Assembly (NCBI RefSeq): GCF_000012345.1
Contig: NC_007205.1
Location: forward strand, 1,230,001-1,262,000
DNA length: 32,000 nt
Origin: Candidatus Pelagibacter ubique HTCC1062
Lineage (GTDB): Bacteria > Pseudomonadota > Alphaproteobacteria > Pelagibacterales > Pelagibacteraceae
Direction of reading: 5' to 3'
The notes under the pieces are model-generated. The model was not told the origin of the DNA. It ran no database searches and saw only the letters and a program-made list of their open reading frames with translations. Positions 17,269 to 24,959 of this stretch are shown piece by piece; within the stretch, counting starts at the first letter, position 1; each line of letters begins with the position of its first letter. The position numbers and the translations under genes were made by a program.

Positions 17269-17493
17269 ATGGCTACAGTTACAAACTGGATAGATCATTT
17301 AAGTGCAGAAGAGGTTGTCGGAGCCATTTATCCGGGAGCTGGATCCACTGAAACTTTGCTAGTTATTCTTGGTGTAGTTTTTTGGATTGGGTGGCATGTC
17401 ATCACAGCTAAATCTGAGAGTGAAAAACTCTCAAGATTAGCTAAGAAAAGACATGGTGCAAATGATCATAAAAGCAATATTACCGACTGGTAA
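17269..17493 (+). CDS. Small single-pass membrane protein (74 aa) coupled to amt
   Basis: Starts 11 nt after the amt stop with an AAGGAG SD. It has one TM helix (LLVILGVVFWIGWHVITA) and a basic C-terminal tail. No family recognised. Confidence 0.55.
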   Translation: MATVTNWIDHLSAEEVVGAIYPGAGSTETLLVILGVVFWIGWHVITAKSESEKLSRLAKKRHGANDHKSNITDW

Positions 17494-17508
17494 TATTAAA
17501 TAAACTTT

Positions 17509-17540
17509 GGGCGCTGCTTAATTGTGGCGCCCTTTTTTTT
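17509..17540 (+). terminator. Rho-independent terminator ending the module 1/amt transcription unit
   Basis: GGGCGC (17509-17514) pairs with GCGCCC (17527-17532), 12-nt loop, then T8 (17533-17540). This fully GC stem stands out in the AT-rich window. Confidence 0.8.
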
Positions 17541-17553
17541 ATAAAAATTCTAT

Positions 17554-17706
17554 ATGAATGAGAATAATCAAGAAAATCAAAGACCAAGTAAGATGAGAGG
17601 TGTTGTTTTTCCAAAAGCAAAGTACGGAGTAATAGCAGCTATCATCATCATTGTAGTGGGAAATATTTTCTACTATAAGGAATTCTTACTATCTTTAATA
17701 AAATAA
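17554..17706 (+). CDS. Possible small membrane protein (50 aa), not in the supplied ORF track
   Basis: ATG at 17554, TAA at 17704-17706: MNENNQENQRPSKMRGVVFPKAKYGVIAAIIIIVVGNIFYYKEFLLSLIK. It has one clear TM helix and ends 12 nt before the next gene. No SD and no homology recognised, so the call is tentative. Confidence 0.3.
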   Translation: MNENNQENQRPSKMRGVVFPKAKYGVIAAIIIIVVGNIFYYKEFLLSLIK

Positions 17707-17718
17707 ACTTAAAAATTT

Positions 17719-18597
17719 ATGTGTGGAATTGTAGGGATTTATCTTAAAACAAAGAAATACGAAAAAGATCTTGGTAAATTTTTATCTGGAATGCTTGATG
17801 GTATGGCGACTAGAGGCCCTGATAGTGCTGGATTTGCAATATATACAAAGCAAAATAAAAATAAATTTAAATACTCTATTTGTTTAAATCAATTAACAGA
17901 TAAAGAATTTAAAAAAAAAATATCTAAATTTTTAAAAAAAATAACACTTAAAACTTTTTCGGATCATGTAATTCTTGAAACAGAGGAAAAACCCAAAAAG
18001 GTATTAGAAATCCTAGATACTAAATTAAAAGAAGTTTCTTTGGTGGGCTATGGTAAAAGTATTAATATTTTTAAACAAACGGGAAACCCTAAAGATGTCG
18101 TTAGAAAATTTAAATTATCTTCTTTTTCAGGAACTCATGCAATAGGCCATACTAGAATGGCAACAGAGAGTGCAATTACAACTCAAGGTTCTCACCCCTA
18201 CTCTACATCAGAAGATGAGTGCTTGGTTCATAATGGATCTCTTTCAAATCATAACAACGTACGAAGGTCTTTAAAAAAAGAAGGTCAGAAATTTAATTCA
18301 GAAAATGATACTGAGGTTGCGGCTGGTTACATCTCTAATCAAATTTCAAAAGGAGAAAATCTAGAAGAAACCCTAAAAAATAGCCTAAAAGATTTAGATG
18401 GTTTCTACACCTTTATAGCTGGTACTAAAGATGGTTTTGCATTGTTGAGAGATGAAATAGCTTGCAAGCCAGCAGTTGTTGCAGAAACAAAAGATTATGT
18501 AGCGGTTGCTTCAGAATTTCAATGTATGGCGCACTTGCCAAATGTAAACACAGCTAAAATTTTTGAACCAAAACCAGGTATTGTTTATCACTGGTAA
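17719..18597 (+). CDS. mgsA: N-methylglutamate synthase subunit A-like class II glutamine amidotransferase (module 2)
   Basis: MCGIVGI catalytic Cys, plus THAIGHTRMATES and LVHNGSLSN blocks. First gene of an A-B-C-gmaS array, the order I recall for characterised alphaproteobacterial NMG-pathway clusters. Confidence 0.75.
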   Translation: MCGIVGIYLKTKKYEKDLGKFLSGMLDGMATRGPDSAGFAIYTKQNKNKFKYSICLNQLTDKEFKKKISKFLKKITLKTFSDHVILETEEKPKKVLEILDTKLKEVSLVGYGKSINIFKQTGNPKDVVRKFKLSSFSGTHAIGHTRMATESAITTQGSHPYSTSEDECLVHNGSLSNHNNVRRSLKKEGQKFNSENDTEVAAGYISNQISKGENLEETLKNSLKDLDGFYTFIAGTKDGFALLRDEIACKPAVVAETKDYVAVASEFQCMAHLPNVNTAKIFEPKPGIVYHW

Positions 18598-18600
18598 ATT

Positions 18601-19281
18601 ATGAATTTAGATCTAAATAAAAAAAAACTAAGAGAAATTAATCAACTACTACAAAACGTTGGTAGAGAAAAAAATAACAGAAGTTTCCAAATTTTAAATC
18701 CCCAAGGTCAACACGCTATTTGTGCAGGTTTAAAAGATGATATTGAAGTTTCAATAAAAGGACACACTGGCTATTATTGTGCTGGGATGAATAAAAATGC
18801 TTCTATTACCGTACACGGAAATGTTGGAACGGGTGTAGCTGAAAACATGATGTCTGGTAAAGTAATTATCAAAGGCAATGCTTCGCAGTCTGCTGGTGCC
18901 ACCGGACATGGGGGCTCTTTAATTATTGAAGGAGATGCAAGTTCAAGATGTGGAATTTCAATGAAGGGGATTAACATTATAGTAAAGGGGTCTGTTGGTC
19001 ATATGTCAGCATTTATGGCACAAAAAGGTAATTTAATTATTTTGGGAGACGCTGATGCTGATTTAGGAGACTCAATTTATGAGGCAAAAATATTTGTTAA
19101 AGGTAAGGTTAAAAGTTTAGGTTCTGATTGTATAGAAAAACAAATGGATGATAAAAATATAAAGGAATTAAATAAAATTTTTAAAGATTTGAATATATCT
19201 GAAGATGCAAAAAAATTTAAAAGATATGGATCTGCAAGAAATTTATATAATTTTAAAATTGATAATGTGAGCTCATATTAG
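18601..19281 (+). CDS. mgsB: N-methylglutamate synthase subunit B-like GXGXG protein (module 2)
   Basis: GXGXG beta-helix repeats (GKVIIKGNASQSAGATGHGGSLIIEGDASSRCGISMKGINIIVKGSVG...). 3-nt gap to the upstream gene. Confidence 0.75.
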   Translation: MNLDLNKKKLREINQLLQNVGREKNNRSFQILNPQGQHAICAGLKDDIEVSIKGHTGYYCAGMNKNASITVHGNVGTGVAENMMSGKVIIKGNASQSAGATGHGGSLIIEGDASSRCGISMKGINIIVKGSVGHMSAFMAQKGNLIILGDADADLGDSIYEAKIFVKGKVKSLGSDCIEKQMDDKNIKELNKIFKDLNISEDAKKFKRYGSARNLYNFKIDNVSSY

Positions 19282-19283
19282 TT

Positions 19284-20600
19284 ATGAAAAAAGATTTAAA
19301 AGAATTTAAAACGTTTCCATCTTCAACAATTAAAGAAATTCAAAGAGCTGCTAAGGAAGGAATTTACCAAATTAGAGGATTGGGTGCTAAAAGAAAAGTT
19401 CCAGACTTTGATGACTTGGTATTTTTAGGAGCTTCCATGTCTAGATATCCATTAGAAGGTTATAGAGAGAAATGTAATACCTCTGTAATACTTGGAGACC
19501 GTTTTGCAAAAAATCCTATTAAATTAGATATACCAATTACTATTGCTGGAATGAGTTTTGGAGCTTTAGGTGCCAATGCAAAGGAAGCTTTGGGCAGAGG
19601 TGCTTCTGCTATGGGAACTTCGACAACCACTGGAGATGGAGGCATGACAAAAGAAGAAAGAGGATCTTCTAAATATCTAGTATATCAATTATTACCTTCT
19701 CGATACGGTATGAATCCAGATGATTTAAGAAAAGCAGATGCTATAGAAATAGTTGTGGGACAAGGTGCAAAACCTGGAGGGGGTGGAATGCTTCTTGGAC
19801 AAAAAATTAATAAAAGAGTTGCTGGTATGAGAACTTTACCTGAGGGCATAGATCAAAGAAGTGCTTGTCGACATCCAGATTGGACAGGACCTGACGATTT
19901 AGAAATAAAAATTCAAGAATTGAGAGAAATTACAAATTGGGAAAAACCAATTTATATAAAAGTTGGAGCAGCAAGACCATACTATGATACGACTTTAGCA
20001 GTAAAAGCTGGTGCTGATGTTGTTGTGTTAGATGGAATGCAAGGTGGAACCGCTGCAACACAAGATGTTTTTATAGAACATGTGGGTATACCAACTCTTG
20101 GTGCCTTAAGAGAATCTGTAGATGCTTTAAAAGAATTGAACATGCATAGAAAAGTTCAATTAATTGTTTCTGGTGGAATTAGAACTGGTGCTGATGTTGC
20201 AAAAGCAATTGCAATGGGAGCAGATGCTGTATCAATAGGATCTGCTGCTATGATGGCTTTAAATTGTAATGCAGATCTTTATAGAAAAGATTACGAAAAA
20301 CTTGGAACAGAGCCAGGTTACTGTCATCACTGTCATACAGGAAAATGTCCTGTAGGTGTTGCTACACAAGATCCTATACTAGAAAAAAGACTCAATCCTA
20401 TAGAGGGGGGTAAAAGATTAAAAAATTATTTATCCACATTAACCCTAGAGTTGCAAACATTAGCAAGAGCAAATGGAAAATCAGATGTAAGAAATTTAGA
20501 ACCTGAAGATTTAGCAGCTTTAACAGTAGAAGCTGCAGCAATGGCAAGAGTTCCACTGGCTGGAACAGATTGGATACCAGGACTAAAAAATAAAAAATAG
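19284..20600 (+). CDS. mgsC: N-methylglutamate synthase subunit C-like FMN-binding glutamate synthase domain protein (module 2)
   Basis: IAGMSFGALG, GQGAKPGGGGMLLGQK, LDGMQGGTAA, SGGIRTGADVAKAIAMGADA, CHTGKCPVGVATQDP. By eye, roughly half the residues are identical to the module 1 paralogue. Confidence 0.82.
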   Translation: MKKDLKEFKTFPSSTIKEIQRAAKEGIYQIRGLGAKRKVPDFDDLVFLGASMSRYPLEGYREKCNTSVILGDRFAKNPIKLDIPITIAGMSFGALGANAKEALGRGASAMGTSTTTGDGGMTKEERGSSKYLVYQLLPSRYGMNPDDLRKADAIEIVVGQGAKPGGGGMLLGQKINKRVAGMRTLPEGIDQRSACRHPDWTGPDDLEIKIQELREITNWEKPIYIKVGAARPYYDTTLAVKAGADVVVLDGMQGGTAATQDVFIEHVGIPTLGALRESVDALKELNMHRKVQLIVSGGIRTGADVAKAIAMGADAVSIGSAAMMALNCNADLYRKDYEKLGTEPGYCHHCHTGKCPVGVATQDPILEKRLNPIEGGKRLKNYLSTLTLELQTLARANGKSDVRNLEPEDLAALTVEAAAMARVPLAGTDWIPGLKNKK

Positions 20601-20643
20601 TATTGTGAAGACTAATTAACAGTTGTAAATTAAGAAATAAAAT

Positions 20644-21969
20644 ATGCCTATTAATTTATCTAAAATTGCTAAAGCTAAAAAAATAAAATATTTTTTGATT
20701 AGTTTTGTAGATTTTTTTGGTGTCTTGAGATCAAAATTAGTACCAGCACAAGCGATTGCAGACATGCAAAAAAATGGGGCGGGTTTTGCAGGTTTTGCAA
20801 CTTGGCTAGATATGTCTCCTGCAGATGGGGATATGTTTGCTCTACCAGATCCTAAAAGTTTAATTCAATTACCTTGGAACAAAGAAATTGGCTGGTTAGC
20901 TTCTGATTTATATATGTATGGTAAGCCTGTTAAGGCTTCACCTAGAGTAATGCTCAAAGAGCAAATTAATAAATTAGATAAAAAAGATTTGGTCATGAAG
21001 TCAGGTGTAGAGTGTGAATATTTTTTGATATCAGAAGATGGGAGTAAAATTGCTGATGCAAGAGACACTCAATCAAAACCTTGTTACGATCAGTCTGCTT
21101 TAATGAGGAGATATGATTTAATCAAAGAAATATGTGATAGCATGATTACTATGGGTTGGAACCCATACCAAAATGATCATGAAGATGCTAATGGCCAGTT
21201 TGAAATGAATTGGGATTATACAGATTGTTTAACTACTGCTGATAGACATGTATTCTTTAAATATATGGTGAAATCATTAGCTGAAAAACATGGTCTTAGA
21301 GCAACATTTATGCCAAAACCTTTTAGCAATCTAACTGGTAATGGCTGTCATGCTCACATTTCTTTATGGAATGGAAAAATTAATAAATTTCTAGATAATG
21401 GAGACAAATTAGGTTTGAGCAAATTAGCATATAATTTTCTAGGTGGAATTATGAAACTTACTCAGCCTTTAACTGCTTTTTTTAATCCGACAATTAATAG
21501 CTATAGAAGAATAAATGCACCACCAACAAAATCAGGAGCTACATGGTCACCTAGTAGTATTTCTTATACAGGAAATAATAGAACTCATATGATAAGAATT
21601 CCTGATAAAGGTAGATTTGAATTAAGGTTAATGGATGGAGCAGTAAATCCTTATTTACTTCAAGCTGGAGTAATAGCTGCTGGTTTACATGGAATAAATA
21701 ATAAAATAGATCCTGGTGAACCTTTATCTTGTAATATGTACACTGATCATAAAAATTACCCTCACCTAAAAAAATTACCTGACATAATTGAAGATGCATT
21801 AGATCAACTAGAAAATAGTAAAGAAATTAAGGAAGCATTTGGCGGTGATACTATTAAAAGCTATCTAAAGTTAAAAAGGTCTGAAATTAATGATTTTAAT
21901 CAAGAAGAAAAATTTGATAAAAAAAGTTCGGTAACTCACTGGGAAAAAAATAGCACTCTTGATTGTTAA
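20644..21969 (+). CDS. gmaS: Gamma-glutamylmethylamide synthetase-like glutamine synthetase homologue (441 aa)
   Basis: GS fold motifs (GVECEYF, NDHEDANGQFEMNW, NGCHAHISLW, NSYRRI). Its size and its position directly after mgsABC match canonical gmaS. Confidence 0.75.
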   Translation: MPINLSKIAKAKKIKYFLISFVDFFGVLRSKLVPAQAIADMQKNGAGFAGFATWLDMSPADGDMFALPDPKSLIQLPWNKEIGWLASDLYMYGKPVKASPRVMLKEQINKLDKKDLVMKSGVECEYFLISEDGSKIADARDTQSKPCYDQSALMRRYDLIKEICDSMITMGWNPYQNDHEDANGQFEMNWDYTDCLTTADRHVFFKYMVKSLAEKHGLRATFMPKPFSNLTGNGCHAHISLWNGKINKFLDNGDKLGLSKLAYNFLGGIMKLTQPLTAFFNPTINSYRRINAPPTKSGATWSPSSISYTGNNRTHMIRIPDKGRFELRLMDGAVNPYLLQAGVIAAGLHGINNKIDPGEPLSCNMYTDHKNYPHLKKLPDIIEDALDQLENSKEIKEAFGGDTIKSYLKLKRSEINDFNQEEKFDKKSSVTHWEKNSTLDC

Positions 21970-21972
21970 TAA

Positions 21973-23115
21973 ATGAAATCAATCATGCAGAAAAACCTTT
22001 GGTCTATTACATCATTTTTAGAGAATAAAAATTATAAATTTAATAAAGAAAATATATTTACGCAACTTCCAGAAAAATTTATAGATGAAGCAATTAAGGC
22101 TATATCTAGTTGGGATAATTATGCCCCCACTCCATTGGTTAAATTAAATAAACTAAATGATGAATTAAAATTTAAAAATATTTACTACAAAGATGAGGAT
22201 AAACGGTTTGATCTAAAATCTTTTAAAGCTTTAGGTGGAGCTTTTGCTGTTTATAAGATTGCCAGTGAAAAAAAGAATATAACTGTATCAACAGCAACAG
22301 CTGGAAATCATGGTCGATCTGTAGCCTGGGGAGCTCAAAGACTTGGATTAAAATGTAAAATATTTATAAGTGAATTTGTTAGTGAATCTAGAGCTGAAGC
22401 AATGCGTAAATTGGATGCTGAAGTGATTAGAGTTAAAGGTAATTATGATAATTCATTAAAAGAATGCATAAAACAATCTAAAGAAAATAATTGGGAAATT
22501 GTGCAAGATGTGTCTTGGGAAGGTTACAAGGAAGTACCAAAATTAATTATGGCTGGATACACCATAATGATTAAAGAAATTTTAGATGAAGTAAAATCTA
22601 ATTCAATATCACACGTATTTCTTCAAGCTGGAGTTGGTGGAATGGCTGCAGCAATGATTGCTGGCTTTGCAAAATTATCACAAGATATTCCAAAATTTAT
22701 TATTGTTGAACCGGAAAATGCAGACTGTGTATTTCAAAGTATTAAGAATAATAAACCCACAAGTGTTGATATTAAAAAGGAAACAGTAATGGGTGGAATG
22801 TCATGTGGTGATGTATCAAGTATTGCCTGGGAAATTTTAAAAAATTCTTCAAATTATTGTTTAACTATATCTGATGAAGCAATCTCAACTACTGTAGCAT
22901 TGCTAGCAGAAAAGCGTTTATCCGATGAAAAAATAATAGCTGGTGAATGTGCGGTCCCAGGTATAATCGCGTTAATAAGCTCATTTAACAATAAAGAATA
23001 CTTAGATAAGCTAGAGTTAAATGAACAATCAAATGTACTTTTATTTGGTTGTGAAGGTTTAACTGATAGTGCAATGTATCAAAAACTACTAAGTGATGGA
23101 TTGCAAAAAATCTGA
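21973..23115 (+). CDS. PLP-dependent fold-type II enzyme, diaminopropionate ammonia-lyase (DpaL/YgeX)-like
   Basis: The PLP-lysine context RFDLKSFKALGGAF and the TAGNHGRSVAWGAQRLG block resemble diaminopropionate ammonia-lyases. The Gly-rich loop GVGGMAAA is present. Starts 3 nt after the gmaS stop. Confidence 0.65.
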   Translation: MKSIMQKNLWSITSFLENKNYKFNKENIFTQLPEKFIDEAIKAISSWDNYAPTPLVKLNKLNDELKFKNIYYKDEDKRFDLKSFKALGGAFAVYKIASEKKNITVSTATAGNHGRSVAWGAQRLGLKCKIFISEFVSESRAEAMRKLDAEVIRVKGNYDNSLKECIKQSKENNWEIVQDVSWEGYKEVPKLIMAGYTIMIKEILDEVKSNSISHVFLQAGVGGMAAAMIAGFAKLSQDIPKFIIVEPENADCVFQSIKNNKPTSVDIKKETVMGGMSCGDVSSIAWEILKNSSNYCLTISDEAISTTVALLAEKRLSDEKIIAGECAVPGIIALISSFNNKEYLDKLELNEQSNVLLFGCEGLTDSAMYQKLLSDGLQKI

Positions 23116-23121
23116 GTAAAT

Positions 23122-24543
23122 ATGACAAAAAAAGCCATTGTTTGGATTAGAGAAGATTTTAGAATTGAATATAACGAAGCCTTAGCGACAGCAACTCAAA
23201 ATCATGAGTATGTAAGTGCTATTTATATATATAACCCAAAAAACTTTGATAAAAAAAGAGAGGCCCAAAAATGGTGGCTGTCTAAATCATTAGAAAATTT
23301 AAGTATAGATCTAAAGAAATTAAATATCACATTGGAAGTTCAGTTAGGTGATGAACTAGAGGTATTATCAATTTTAAAAAAGAAAGATGATGTTACTGTT
23401 TATTGGAGTAAGGTTTATGAGCCAGATGTAATTAATAAAGGTAAAAAAATAAGAGATCTATTTATTAAGAATGAAATTCAATATAAATATTTTAAAGGAA
23501 ACATTCTTGTAGAATTTCAAGAAATGACTAAAGACGATGGCACTCCCTATAAAGTATTCACTCCATTTTGGAAAAAAACTGAACAGCACTATATTTCAAA
23601 AGCTCCTTCAAAATTAATACGAGTTAAATCAAAAATTAAAAAGATAAACATATTCAAAAATTCAATTTCTATAAAAGAAATTTTGCCTAAAAAAAATTGG
23701 CATAAAAAATTTGAGAAATACTGGGACCCATCTGAAAAAGAAGCTAAAAAATATTTACAAGAATTAATAAATAATAAAATTGAGGACTATGGTGACGCAC
23801 GAGATATTCCAGGTGTTAATGGAACCTCCAAGTTATCTCCTTTCTTAAAATTTGGTCAAATACATGTAGAAACAATTTGGAAGAAATGCCAAGACATTAA
23901 AGTTAAAAAAATTGGATATAGAAAGTATATTAATGAATTAGGATGGAGAGAATTTTCTCATAGTTTAATTAATTACTTTCCACAAATGTTAAAAGGTAAT
24001 CTTAGAAAAGATTTTGACAATTTTCCTTGGGTTAAAAATGATAAATTTCTTAAAGCTTGGAAAGCAGGCATGACAGGATACCCTATTGTAGATGCTGGAA
24101 TGAGAGAACTATACGAAACAGGATGGATGCACAATAGAGTTCGAATGATTGTTGCTTCTTTTCTTGTTAAGCATTTAAGAATTCATTGGATGGAGGGTGA
24201 AAAACATTTTAAAAATTGTTTAGTTGATTATAATGAAGCTAGTAACGTTGCTCAATGGCAATGGGTTGCAGGATGTGGTGCAGATGCAGCTCCCTACTTT
24301 AGAATCTTCAATCCTATTCTCCAGGGTGAAAAATTTGACAAAGATGGGATTTATACAAAAAAGTGGGTTCCTGAACTTAAAAACATGCCTAATAAATTTT
24401 TATACAAGCCATGGGAACTTGAAACCAAATACCAAGAACAGATTAAAGTAATTGTTGGTATCAACTATCCAAAACCAATTATAGATCACGTTGAAGCAAG
24501 AAATGCTGCTCTAGATGCTTTTAAAACAATTAAAAAAAACTAA
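23122..24543 (+). CDS. phrB: Deoxyribodipyrimidine photolyase (class I CPD photolyase/cryptochrome family)
   Basis: TSKLSPFLKFGQI, GWREF, GWMHNRVRMIVASFL, DYNEASNVAQWQWVAGCGADAAPYFRIFNP. Confidence 0.9.
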   Translation: MTKKAIVWIREDFRIEYNEALATATQNHEYVSAIYIYNPKNFDKKREAQKWWLSKSLENLSIDLKKLNITLEVQLGDELEVLSILKKKDDVTVYWSKVYEPDVINKGKKIRDLFIKNEIQYKYFKGNILVEFQEMTKDDGTPYKVFTPFWKKTEQHYISKAPSKLIRVKSKIKKINIFKNSISIKEILPKKNWHKKFEKYWDPSEKEAKKYLQELINNKIEDYGDARDIPGVNGTSKLSPFLKFGQIHVETIWKKCQDIKVKKIGYRKYINELGWREFSHSLINYFPQMLKGNLRKDFDNFPWVKNDKFLKAWKAGMTGYPIVDAGMRELYETGWMHNRVRMIVASFLVKHLRIHWMEGEKHFKNCLVDYNEASNVAQWQWVAGCGADAAPYFRIFNPILQGEKFDKDGIYTKKWVPELKNMPNKFLYKPWELETKYQEQIKVIVGINYPKPIIDHVEARNAALDAFKTIKKN

Positions 24544-24959
24544 TCTCCTAAATAATGAAGAATAATCAATCTTTTTTGCTTCTCAATTCTGTGCTCAAAA
24601 AGATATAAACCCTGCCAGGTACCAAGTAATAACTCATTGTTTTTAACGCTTAAAGAGATTTGATTATTAGTTAACGCAGATTTTATATGTGCAGGCATGT
24701 CATCTTTTCCCTCAGCTGTATGGATGTAAAGGGAATTGTCCATAGGTACGAGCTTATTAAAAAAATTTACTAAATCACTCTGAACATCTGGATCAGCATT
24801 CTCTTGAATTATTAAAGAAGCACTGGTGTGTTGAATACTTATATTGATAATTCCATTATTAAATTCATTATCCTTGATCCATTTATTAGTTTCGCTTGTA
24901 AATTCATAGAGACTCTGGCCATTAGTACTCAATTCTAAATTAAAAAACTCTTGTCTCAT
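24540..24959 (-). CDS. yjbQ: YjbQ/UPF0047 family protein (secondary thiamine-phosphate synthase-like)
   Basis: 139 aa with the family block IQHTSASLIIQENADPDVQSDL and ..DDMPAHIKS... ATGA start/stop overlap with zapE. Confidence 0.75.
   Translation of the reverse strand: MRQEFFNLELSTNGQSLYEFTSETNKWIKDNEFNNGIINISIQHTSASLIIQENADPDVQSDLVNFFNKLVPMDNSLYIHTAEGKDDMPAHIKSALTNNQISLSVKNNELLLGTWQGLYLFEHRIEKQKRLIILHYLGD

Noticed and set aside
10616-21969. The duplicated GmaS/Mgs gene sets as a recent tandem duplication or an assembly artefact
   Set aside because: The nucleotide sequences are not repeated. The protein paralogues differ in length, N-termini, gene order and most residues, so the duplication is ancient and both copies are intact.
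24224-24451. 75-aa alternative-frame plus-strand ORF within the photolyase gene
   Set aside because: The annotated frame carries the diagnostic photolyase FAD-binding motifs across this region, so the alternative frame is incidental.
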